From: a virus
Lineage: Duplodnaviria > Caudoviricetes
Direction: 5' to 3' (one strand)
DNA length: 25,921 bases
Virus record (IMG/VR): IMGVR_UViG_3300017912_000085
Span: 1-25,921 of that record
Position 1 is the first letter of the stretch. Every line of letters begins with the position of its first letter. The notes beneath the pieces were generated by a model that saw only the letters and a program-made list of their open reading frames with translations, ran no database searches and was not told the DNA's origin. The position numbers and the translations under genes were made by a program. Below, one piece after another: positions 7,437-16,500 of this stretch.

Positions 7437-8339
7437 ATGACAACAGAAATAACAACTATTGACCCAAATAATTATGCTGCAATGGCGAAAGCAATGGGCA
7501 TTGCAAACGAGGGTAAAGGTAAGAGCAAAAGCAGTTCTCTTGCCCGTTTGCGTATTAACCATTCGCCAGTCATGGGTACTGCTGAAGTTAATGGAAAAAG
7601 TGTCAACGTAGAAGTAATCGAAGGTGGAACATATAAGCTAGAGGTTCCTGATGGTCCTACATATTACGCATCGTCTGTAAAGGTGCGTCCATATGTACAG
7701 CGTTATATGTACAAGCGTTTTGTTATGGGCGGTGCAAACTCGTCTAATCGTTACATTAAAACTATCATGCACGATGATCTGAATGTTGATCTAAAAGATA
7801 ATGATGGTGGTTTTAACTGTGGTAAGCCTGCAGGCTATATACAGGACTTCAAAGCGTTGCCAGAGAAAACACAAGACTTAATTAAACAGATTAAGCGTGT
7901 ACGTGTTGTTCTGGGAACTGTTGAGATGACTAATCCTGTAAACGAAAAGGGTGAGTCTATCGAACTTGATGCTACACCTTTTATCTGGGAGATCGACAAT
8001 CGTGATGCGTTTAAGATTGTTGGTGATGTGTTCGTGAAGCTGGCAAAGATGAGCCGCCTTCCTGTAATGCATAACTTTGTCGCTAATACTGAAGAGCGTA
8101 AGATGCCCAACGGTAATAGCTTTTTTATCCCTGTTGTATCATTAAACATCCATGATGTTATAAATGTTACGCCAGATGATAACAATATGTTTACTGACTT
8201 TTTAGCATGGGTTGACAACTACAACTCGTACATATCAAATGCATGGGCAGAAAACGCCAACGCAAAACTAGAAGATGGTGATGCGGAAGTGTTGGATGAC
8301 TTGGTTGATATTGAAGTCGATGAAGAGGCAGTAGCATAA
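7437..8339 (+). CDS. Putative single-stranded DNA-binding protein
   Basis: Lies between polymerase and nuclease, has a beta-rich core and a strongly acidic tail (EDGDAEVLDDLVDIEVDEEAVA), strong RBS. Function is inferred. Confidence 0.55.
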   Translation: MTTEITTIDPNNYAAMAKAMGIANEGKGKSKSSSLARLRINHSPVMGTAEVNGKSVNVEVIEGGTYKLEVPDGPTYYASSVKVRPYVQRYMYKRFVMGGANSSNRYIKTIMHDDLNVDLKDNDGGFNCGKPAGYIQDFKALPEKTQDLIKQIKRVRVVLGTVEMTNPVNEKGESIELDATPFIWEIDNRDAFKIVGDVFVKLAKMSRLPVMHNFVANTEERKMPNGNSFFIPVVSLNIHDVINVTPDDNNMFTDFLAWVDNYNSYISNAWAENANAKLEDGDAEVLDDLVDIEVDEEAVA

Positions 8340-9205
8340 TGAATCATCAAGCTGAATTGTCGTTGCATCAGTATTTGCAGGATGCGGTTAGCGGTAAGTC
8401 ATCCATGTCGGATGACACAATAAAGCAGGTTGCTACCGATGTTGCAGACGCTATGCAACGACAGTTTGGTAGTGGTAAGAGTAGAAGCGATTTTACATTG
8501 CGTATGTCTAATGTAGGTCGCCCTACCTGCCAACTCTGGTACGACAAGAATAAACCAGAGGCGGCTATACCATTGCCTACCACATTTGTAATGAACATGA
8601 TGATTGGTGATATTGTTGAGGCTGTGTTTAAAGGTTTACTAAAAGAAGCAGGAGTAAAATATGAAGATACTGAAAAAGTTACCCTTGATACTGGTAGTGA
8701 CAATATTTCTGGTTCTTATGACCTCATCATTGATGGTGCAGTTGATGATATTAAATCAGCTTCAGACTGGTCATACAGAAACAAGTTTGATTCCTATGAG
8801 TCCCTTGCAGGTAAGGACGGATTTGGTTACGTGCCTCAACTCGCCGGGTATGCTAAAGCTACCACCAAACGTGCTGGCGGCTGGTGGGTTATAAACAAAG
8901 CTAATGGTAAGTTTAAATATCTACCAGCATCTGGTCTTAACGTAGATGAAGAAATAAGTAAGATAAAACAAACGATTAGCAAAGTAAAGGAGAACAAGTT
9001 TGAAAGATGTTTTGAACCAGTGCCTGAAACTTTTCGTGGCAAGCCCACAGGTAATAAAGTCCTTAATGACGGATGTAAATTTTGCAGCTATCGCTTTGAT
9101 TGCTGGGATAGTCTTACTGAGTTACCTGCTGTAAAGTCACAGGCAAAAAACCCGCCCACTGTGGCATATGTTGAACTAAGAGAGGAGTATGTAAATGGAG
9201 ATTGA
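8339..9205 (+). CDS. PD-(D/E)XK exonuclease, Cas4/AddB-like
   Basis: RMSNVGRPTC, GSYD...DIKS, QLAGY and C-terminal CKFCSYRFDC give a 1+3 Cys arrangement. Confidence 0.85.
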   Translation: MNHQAELSLHQYLQDAVSGKSSMSDDTIKQVATDVADAMQRQFGSGKSRSDFTLRMSNVGRPTCQLWYDKNKPEAAIPLPTTFVMNMMIGDIVEAVFKGLLKEAGVKYEDTEKVTLDTGSDNISGSYDLIIDGAVDDIKSASDWSYRNKFDSYESLAGKDGFGYVPQLAGYAKATTKRAGGWWVINKANGKFKYLPASGLNVDEEISKIKQTISKVKENKFERCFEPVPETFRGKPTGNKVLNDGCKFCSYRFDCWDSLTELPAVKSQAKNPPTVAYVELREEYVNGD

Positions 9206-9404
9206 AGTAAATGAACTCGCAGAGCAAATCAAAGAAGCAGAAGTGCATCTTGCAGAACTTCGGAAGGAGTATCGTGAACGGAAGACTGCAGGTTTACGTG
9301 CGGCGATATCAGCGCGTAATGAAGCAGATAAAGTCCTGCGCGAAGAATTACAGGCTTTAGGCTACCGTAACACACCATTTATCTCATGGCGTGACGTTGG
9401 CTAA
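9195..9404 (+). CDS. Small coiled-coil hypothetical protein (69 aa)
   Basis: GAGGAG RBS, overlaps both neighbours, heptad-like charged helix. Confidence 0.75.
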   Translation: MEIEVNELAEQIKEAEVHLAELRKEYRERKTAGLRAAISARNEADKVLREELQALGYRNTPFISWRDVG

Positions 9405-9852
9405 CGCAAAACAATTTAGGGCAGCACGAAAGTATGGGTATCGTAGTGGTCTTGAACTAAAAGTATCTGACTATCTCAAAGAACTCAAGATTGACTTCTT
9501 GTATGAGGCAGTAAAGATAGAATGGGAAGACTTAGCATACAGAACGTATACACCTGATTTTGTGCTGTCCAATGGTATTATTATAGAAACAAAGGGTCAA
9601 TTCACCGCAGCAGATAGGCGCAAGCATCTGGCTATTAAAAAGCAGCATCCCAAGTTGGATATTCGTTTTGTGTTTGAAAGTAGCAGACGCAAACTTCGTA
9701 AGGGTGCTAAGTCTACCTACGGTGAATGGTGTATTAAATATGGGTTTCGGTACTACGACAGGATCATTCCCGAAGAATGGTTAAAAGAAAAGGGTAAAAA
9801 CAAACACCCGAAGTTTATAAAGTTTGGTGGCACAAAAGTAAAAAGGAGATAG
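9391..9852 (+). CDS. T7 endonuclease I-like Holliday junction resolvase
   Basis: YRSGLE, YTPDF, IETKG, DIRFVF and TYGEWC motifs. Start is GTG 9391 or TTG 9397. Confidence 0.92.
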   Translation: MTLANAKQFRAARKYGYRSGLELKVSDYLKELKIDFLYEAVKIEWEDLAYRTYTPDFVLSNGIIIETKGQFTAADRRKHLAIKKQHPKLDIRFVFESSRRKLRKGAKSTYGEWCIKYGFRYYDRIIPEEWLKEKGKNKHPKFIKFGGTKVKRR

Positions 9853-9854
9853 AC

Positions 9855-10229
9855 ATGGATAATATAACAGATAAGATGGCTATGCAGATGAAGGATGAAG
9901 ACTTTGTAATACGGGTAAGACCTTTTGCCGATGACGATAGTTCTTGGAGTGGAGAGGTTGATATTTCTATTATGTATGGCGACAATAACCCGTTAAAAGA
10001 TGATGACTTTTATCAAGTTCTACATTTTGTAAAAATGATGTGTGCGGCTGTGCCTGTCATGGAAGAGGTAAATGAATTAAGAAGTATTGTACATGAGTAT
10101 GTTACAAAAGTTATTGACAACGAGGTTGATATTGATGTAGAACTAGAAGAAGAAGCAGGTGTAGAAAAAACTTATGATGGCAACGTAATCCACCTAAACT
10201 TTAATAGTAAGACAAAAGGATCGGCATGA
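9855..10229 (+). CDS. Acidic hypothetical protein (124 aa)
   Basis: AAGGAG RBS, tight packing with neighbours, no recognised motif. Confidence 0.8.
   Translation: MDNITDKMAMQMKDEDFVIRVRPFADDDSSWSGEVDISIMYGDNNPLKDDDFYQVLHFVKMMCAAVPVMEEVNELRSIVHEYVTKVIDNEVDIDVELEEEAGVEKTYDGNVIHLNFNSKTKGSA
10114..10143 (+). promoter_or_regulatory. Possible sigma70-like promoter facing DUF3310 and the reductase
   Basis: TTGACA (10114-10119), 18 bp, TAGAAC (10138-10143). Confidence 0.4.
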
Positions 10230-10588
10230 GTAGACACGAAGAATATATGAAAGCAATGATGATACAAGAGGAGTTACGTATGGCACAAGCAAAGAAACAA
10301 AGTGATAACGGTAAAGCGTGGCCTGATGTTGGTAGCCCAGAAGACTATCCACCTTCTGCTGATGTAGATATGGTCAATAATCCACCACACTATAACCAAA
10401 CAGGCATTGAGTGTATACAAGCTATCTCTGCTGCTACTGATAAAGGATTCAAATATTATCTACAGGGTAATGTTATGAAGTACCTGTGGCGATTTGACTA
10501 TAAAGACAAGCCGTTAGAGGATTTGCAAAAAGCCAAGTGGTACTTGGATAGGTTAATCGAAGAGGTAACGGCAGATGGTAAGAGTTAA
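10226..10588 (+). CDS. DUF3310 family protein (T7 gp1.7 nucleotide kinase / SaV-like)
   Basis: DMVNNPPHY, IECI, GNVMKYLWR and EDLQKAKWYL motifs. Confidence 0.85.
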   Translation: MSRHEEYMKAMMIQEELRMAQAKKQSDNGKAWPDVGSPEDYPPSADVDMVNNPPHYNQTGIECIQAISAATDKGFKYYLQGNVMKYLWRFDYKDKPLEDLQKAKWYLDRLIEEVTADGKS

Positions 10589-10736
10589 GATGTTCATCAC
10601 AATTGAAATTGATGAAGAAGAATATCCTATACCAGCAGACGGACAAGTTGGTGAGGAATTAGAGGATGGCATACGTGAATACTTCTATGATATAGACGGT
10701 GCTGAAATTAAAACTATGAAAACAATTACGGAGTGA
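10575..10736 (+). CDS. Small acidic hypothetical protein (53 aa), absent from the ORF track
   Basis: GAGGT at 10562-10566, then MVRVKMFITIEIDEEEYPIPADGQVGEELEDGIREYFYDIDGAEIKTMKTITE*. Fills the gap before the reductase. Confidence 0.75.
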   Translation: MVRVKMFITIEIDEEEYPIPADGQVGEELEDGIREYFYDIDGAEIKTMKTITE

Positions 10737-10740
10737 AGAG

Positions 10741-12669
10741 ATGATTAGCAATACATTACCTACAGACTATCAAAATTTTATAGCACTATCACGCTATGCT
10801 CGTTGGAAAGAAGATGAGCAACGCAGAGAAACATGGGGAGAAACAGTCACCCGTTACTTTGACTACATGTCAGGGCATCTAAAAGATAAACACAACTATA
10901 CTTTGCCCAACACACTACGTGCAGAGTTAGAAGAAGCTGTGCTTAACCAAGCTATCATGCCAAGCATGAGGGCGTTGATGACTAGCGGCCCCGCGCTAGA
11001 CAGATGCCACGTTGGTGGGTATAACTGCTCATACGTACCTGTGGATAGCCCACGTGCTTTTGATGAAACAATGTATATACTTATGTGTGGCACAGGTGTT
11101 GGCTTTAGTGTTGAGCGTCACTGTATTGAGAAGCTACCTATTGTAAATGAGGAGTTTCACGAAACAGATACAATAATCAAGGTAGGTGATAGCCGCCCCG
11201 GATGGGCTAAATCACTTAAAGAGTTGATTGCTATGTTGTACAGTGGACAGATTCCGAAGTGGGATGTATCAGAAGTGCGCCCAGCAGGTGCAAGGCTGAA
11301 GACATTTGGAGGTAGAGCGTCAGGCCCACAGCCATTGGTCGAACTGTTTGAATTTTGTGTGCAGAAGTTTAAGGGTGCAGCAGGTCGCAGACTCTACCCA
11401 ATTGAGTGCCACGATATCATGTGTAAGATTGGTGAGGTTGTAGTTGTAGGTGGTGTGCGCCGTAGTGCATTGATTTCACTATCTAATTTAAATGATGACC
11501 AGATGGCACATGCTAAATCAGGTCAGTGGTGGGAGCATGAAGGTCAACGTGCGCTGGCTAATAACTCTGTAGCATATAAAACAAAGCCAGAGATGGGTAC
11601 ATTCATGCGCGAGTGGCTGTCCCTGTACGATAGTAAGTCAGGTGAGCGTGGTATATTTAATCGCCAGTCAGCGAAGGTACAGGCGGCAAAGAATGGTAGG
11701 CGTGATGCTGACCAAGACTTTGGTTGCAACCCATGCTCTGAAATTATCCTACGTCCATATCAGTTCTGCAATCTGTCAGAGGTTGTTGCACGTGAAACAG
11801 ATACGCTGGCATCACTGAAAGAGAAGGTACGCCTTGCCACTATCTTGGGTACATTCCAAGCTACACTGACTAACTTCAAGTATCTGCGTAACATATGGAA
11901 AGCCAACACAGAGCAGGAACGATTGCTTGGTGTGTCACTGACAGGCATTATGGATTGTCCTGCACTGCACAAAGGTAAGCAGGTAGCTGACACTCTTGAG
12001 ATGCTACGTGTTACAGCTATTGATGCAAACAAATCTATGGCGTGGGAACTTGGCATTGAGCAGTCTGCTGCTATTACTTGTGTCAAGCCTAGTGGTACAG
12101 TATCTCAGCTTGTAGACAGTGCCTCTGGTATCCACGCACGTCACAACCCCTATTATATTCGCACTGTGCGTGGTGATAATAAAGACCCACTCACACAGTT
12201 CTTGATTTCACAGGGCTTACCTAATGAGCCTGACGTAATGAAACCCGACTCAACTACAGTCTTCTCATTCCCTATGAAGTCACCTAAGAACGCAGTGACA
12301 CGTACAGCTATGACAGCTATTGAACAGCTTGAACTATGGCTGTTGTACCAACGTCACTGGTGCGAACACAAACCGTCAGTCACTATCTCTGTCAAAGAAA
12401 ACGAATGGATGGCTGTAGGTGCTTGGGTATACGAACACTTTGATGAGGTATCTGGTATCAGCTTCCTACCATTCAGTGAGCATACGTATCAGCAAGCACC
12501 ATATCAGGACATTGATGCTGACGAATACAAAAACTTCTTGACAAAGATGCCAGATAATGTAGACTGGTCATTGCTTCAGGAGTTTGAGAAGGAAGATACT
12601 ACATCAGGTGGGCGTGAGTTGGCGTGTACGGCTGGCGTTTGTGAAGTAGTAGATTTAACAGCAGCATAG
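10741..12669 (+). CDS. nrdJ: Class II (adenosylcobalamin-dependent) ribonucleotide reductase
   Basis: YNCS, VRRSALIS, NPCSEI, CNLSEV, TCVKPSGTVSQL, WCEHKPSVT and C-terminal CTAGVC. No beta-subunit gene nearby. Confidence 0.92.
   Translation: MISNTLPTDYQNFIALSRYARWKEDEQRRETWGETVTRYFDYMSGHLKDKHNYTLPNTLRAELEEAVLNQAIMPSMRALMTSGPALDRCHVGGYNCSYVPVDSPRAFDETMYILMCGTGVGFSVERHCIEKLPIVNEEFHETDTIIKVGDSRPGWAKSLKELIAMLYSGQIPKWDVSEVRPAGARLKTFGGRASGPQPLVELFEFCVQKFKGAAGRRLYPIECHDIMCKIGEVVVVGGVRRSALISLSNLNDDQMAHAKSGQWWEHEGQRALANNSVAYKTKPEMGTFMREWLSLYDSKSGERGIFNRQSAKVQAAKNGRRDADQDFGCNPCSEIILRPYQFCNLSEVVARETDTLASLKEKVRLATILGTFQATLTNFKYLRNIWKANTEQERLLGVSLTGIMDCPALHKGKQVADTLEMLRVTAIDANKSMAWELGIEQSAAITCVKPSGTVSQLVDSASGIHARHNPYYIRTVRGDNKDPLTQFLISQGLPNEPDVMKPDSTTVFSFPMKSPKNAVTRTAMTAIEQLELWLLYQRHWCEHKPSVTISVKENEWMAVGAWVYEHFDEVSGISFLPFSEHTYQQAPYQDIDADEYKNFLTKMPDNVDWSLLQEFEKEDTTSGGRELACTAGVCEVVDLTAA
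12538..12565 (+). promoter_or_regulatory. Possible sigma70-like promoter in the 3' end of the reductase gene
   Basis: TTGACA (12538-12543), 16 bp, TAGACT (12560-12565). Confidence 0.45.
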
Positions 12670-12682
12670 GAAGGAGATTAGT

Positions 12683-12913
12683 ATGAGAGATATGTTAATA
12701 GATGCCCAGACTAGCCATTTGGTTGGGCATATAAATAAACACAAGGCTAATGTAGAAATACTGTTGACCAATCCTGTTGGGGTTGGTGAGCATCAGGATA
12801 TACAAACTGCAATCGAACAGGAGTTAGAAGAGATTGCGAACTATCACGACAAGCTAGAGATGCTTGTTAAATATTTCCCTAAAACAACGGAGTCTAATGG
12901 TGAGGAGAAATAA
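12683..12913 (+). CDS. Hypothetical protein (76 aa)
   Basis: AAGGAG RBS. Helix-loop-helix-like pattern with NPVGVGEHQDI. Confidence 0.8.
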   Translation: MRDMLIDAQTSHLVGHINKHKANVEILLTNPVGVGEHQDIQTAIEQELEEIANYHDKLEMLVKYFPKTTESNGEEK

Positions 12914-13142
12914 TCTAAGTAAATACGATGCTCCACTGCGTATACAATACCAGTGGGGCTACGATGCGTTTAAGCGTGGTGGTAGGTTTGTGATGAAGGA
13001 TGGAAAGCAAGTATTTCAAGAAAATCGTCCAAACCTTGACCCGAACACCATGCAGTACAGAGAGTGGCAGCGTGGTTGGAACGATGCTTACTATGAGAAT
13101 TTAGAAAAGGGTAAGTACAATGGGATTAAAGGAAGAAGCTGA
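12897..13142 (+). CDS. Small protein with an Rmf/CrpP-like pattern
   Basis: YQWGYDAFKRG...YREWQRGWNDA parallels Rmf GYxAG...WLxGWxxA. Start is 12897 (GGAG upstream) or 12864. Confidence 0.55.
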   Translation: MVRRNNLSKYDAPLRIQYQWGYDAFKRGGRFVMKDGKQVFQENRPNLDPNTMQYREWQRGWNDAYYENLEKGKYNGIKGRS

Positions 13143-13503
13143 ACAGTGGATGAAGGAGAGGTACATGAGTAATATTACAGCAACGGAGTACCAAAGACGG
13201 GCTGCAGAAACGGCAATATTCCCAGATAATAAAGCATTAGAATATCTAACATTAGGATTGGCTGGTGAGGCTGGTGAGATTGCTAACAAAGCAAAGAAAC
13301 TAATACGTGACGGTGCAGATAGAGAAGACTATCACGCTAAACTAAACGCCATTGGTCACGAGATTGGAGATGTTATGTGGTATTGTGCCATGCTTGCAAA
13401 GGAAGTGGATATGAATCTTGGTAGAATCATGGAAGACAACTTGGACAAACTTGCTGACAGGAAAGCTAGGAATCGCCTACAGGGTGATGGTGACAATCGT
13501 TAG
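13120..13503 (+). CDS. mazG: MazG-like nucleoside triphosphate pyrophosphohydrolase
   Basis: EAGE...EIGD metal-binding motifs, NxxKLxxR and GDGDNR tail. Alternative start at 13165 with AAGGAG. Confidence 0.9.
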   Translation: MGLKEEAEQWMKERYMSNITATEYQRRAAETAIFPDNKALEYLTLGLAGEAGEIANKAKKLIRDGADREDYHAKLNAIGHEIGDVMWYCAMLAKEVDMNLGRIMEDNLDKLADRKARNRLQGDGDNR

Positions 13504-13588
13504 GTACGCACCATTTGCTGCTATCGTTAGCTGGCTCCTATATGCGATTAGCATGGGGCTGGCTAATGATTTGTGTGATTGTATATAA
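13487..13588 (+). CDS. Putative 33-aa single-pass membrane peptide, absent from the ORF track
   Basis: MVTIVRYAPFAAIVSWLLYAISMGLANDLCDCI* overlaps the mazG end and stops 2 nt before the convergent gene's stop. Confidence 0.45.
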   Translation: MVTIVRYAPFAAIVSWLLYAISMGLANDLCDCI

Positions 13589-13590
13589 GT

Positions 13591-16500
13591 TTAATCACTC
13601 ATAAACCAGTATGCTTGATCCCTTACTATACCATTACCCATTGGATATTTTTGCTTATACAACTCATCTAGTTTAGTTCTTTGTTTTGTGGGAAGATTGT
13701 TGTATTTAGCACGTGCTATTCGCAATTGTTCTTCTTTAGTTTCTGCTCTATCTATGTTTAATATTCTGGCTCTGGCTTCAGCTTTTAATGTCTTTATTTT
13801 ATTTTGCATTGCAATTCTTTTTAATTTATCCGTTGGTTGGTTTTTATATTCAGCACTGCGCATAAAATTAAAAAGTCTATCCTCTACAAAATCCCCCATT
13901 TGCTCTCTAAGTTCATTACTCATAGGAGCATCTAGTCTTATTTTACGGGGTGCTATCTCCATATAATCAAACTGAAGTCTGTCAAGTTCTCTTTCGATAG
14001 CTGTTCTGCGTTGAAGGGGGTTGAATCCTGTTATCTGTTTAATAAACGGATTAAATCTTCTTACCCCACCTGACCTAGTAGGTGAAGCAAGTCTAGCCCT
14101 TCCCTCTTCATCTGGTGCAACAGGCAAAGGTTTTGCTGCCTGCTTCAACATATATTCAAATAAATCTATATCAGTGTTGTCTGCCAGTTTTCTATGCTCT
14201 GGATCAACGCTGGCTAAAGCATCTTTAAACATACCAGCGGGAACCAAGAAAGTTCCAAAGGATGTACCAGCAAACCTTGCCATTCTTTCAATGACTGCTT
14301 GTTCTGCCACCTCATCAGATGATTCTAATCCAATATTAACAAGACCATCTACAATCTGCAGCCCTGTTCCTGCCCTTCCCTGACCGCCTGTAAACGCTTG
14401 CACTAACTCTCTACTGTTCCACTGAACAGCAGTAGAAACTTTTGTATTGTCATGCCACTGTGGTATAGAACCCTTGCCTGCATATCTGTACAACATATCA
14501 GCGATAAGAGCGAAACCAGAGAATGGTCCTAGTGAGGCACGTGCATCAACAATAGAACCTGTAGTCGGGTCTATGTATTCATACGGACCAGTTGTTTCAT
14601 CACCTTGGTTAGCACGTAAGGCTGCAAATACACCTATTAATGCTGCGCCAGTAAACTGCTTTCCAAGTGTTTCAGCATCTGTAACAATAGCACCTCTTTT
14701 TCCTGCTTTTCCTCCGGGTTTATTTAATATACCCAACAAATTTACAGAACCCAGAATCGGTGCGTGTTCATAGAAGAAACGAAACTGGTTTACCATATAA
14801 CGAGGGAATGGTATTACAAGAGAGCCACCAACTTCACTACCAAAACCTATTACACCGCTAAAGAATGTGTTAAAACCACCCTCTCTTCCTTTAAACTTTC
14901 CTGTTTGATAAGTAAACTCAAAGGCTTCGTCCATAGCTTTTGCAAACACAGAATCGTCTATCAACTTAAAGTTGCCTGTTTTCATAGCTTGATTAAGGCT
15001 ATTTATAGTGATTGTTTTACCAGTTGCATCGACTGCTGTTATAGGATTTGCTACCAGTGCTTTGTCAACTTCTCTTGAAAATATAGCACGTTTAAACATG
15101 TTGTCTGACATGGTGTTTAAATAATTAGCACCACGAGCCAAAGCAATAAGACCCCCTTCACTGCCTGTTAAATTACCAATATCTCCCATGCCCCGGAACA
15201 ACTGTTCCATAACTTTTTTGTTACCAAATTTAGCATCCCCCAAGAATCTAAACAAAGTTGCAGTGTCTACAGACTCTGTTCCAAGCACCATGTCTTTCAG
15301 TCGTGCTGATTGCACTCCTGTTTTTAATTGACCAATACCCAGACGAACATCTGCCATAGCAGCTTCTCTTAATTCTTTATTTGTTGCGGAAACCATTCCC
15401 TTGAAACCGCCTTTTGTAACATTAACCAAACTCGCACCTAAATTATCTAGGGCATATACGTAGTTTCTCATATAACCATTTGTAGTGTTACGTATAGTTG
15501 TAGATGCTTGTACAGTCATCATACCAACACGTGCTTTGTCAAGGTGTCTGACTACATTAAAACTTTTTGTAAACGCACCGTCAAACTGTCCTTTTTGTGC
15601 TTTTTCTAAAGCATCTCTTGCGCCTGACATGGATACTGCTTTACCTTCATTGTCAACAATGTCTAATCCTGTTCTCTGCATAGCGTTGTCGTAATTGTTG
15701 AGCATTGTAAATAACTCATCAAACGATTTCTTTTGCTGTGCTACACCAGCCGCTTGTAGCACCTTACCTGCACGTGATATTTCTGCAGCAAACACAGGAG
15801 CAAGCTGGTCAAATGTCAGGTTGTGTTCTTTGAGTATAGACTTAAATGCCTCTTGTTCTTTTTCATTCGCTGCCATAAGACCGCGAACTAGGCGTGATGT
15901 AAAAGCCTCTTCTCTACCGCCTTTACCTACTATAGGAATTATAGCATCATCTAACTTAGATGCCGCTGACGCTATATTTTCAATCTCCATTTGTTCAAGA
16001 GTTTTATGTTTGCTTTTAATATTTTTAAGGCGTATTTTTTCCCCTTTTATTAATTCTTCTGGTATTGTTTCTGCTAATGGTAATTTTCTACTAACCTTCT
16101 TTTTCTTTTGAGCCATTTCTACTAATTCTGCTTCCAGACTTTCAACAGCATCTTTTACAAATTGCTTTCCAGTTTTAGAAGTTTTAGGATCGGTCAAAGT
16201 TTTTACTGCTTTTTTATTTGCTGCAGTTACTTTTGCCCTGTATGCTGTCATAGTTTGTTCAGCTAATAATTCTGCTTGATTCTCTGTCAAAGCACGTTTT
16301 GTGCCTGTGGCAAGACCAATACCGCCAGATGCCACTGTGGATAAGCCTGCAGCGAGTGCTACATTGCTCATGTCAATTTCATCTTTTATACCTGTTTGCA
16401 CACGTGTTTCTTCTTGTGCCGCTACCGTTCCAGCAGCAACAGGTGCATCAATGGCGGTTGATGCCAAAGCACTTCGCATACCACCACGTTTTATTGCCTC

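Noticed and set aside
8212-8245. TTGACA near the 3' end of the SSB-like gene
   Set aside because: No acceptable -10 hexamer at 16-18 bp.
8339-9205. CRISPR-Cas system suggested by the Cas4-like gene
   Set aside because: No repeat-spacer array or other cas genes. The context is replication and recombination.
13544-13568. ATTAGC...GCTAAT inverted repeat as a bidirectional terminator
   Set aside because: Weak AT-rich 6-bp stem, 9-nt loop and no U tract.
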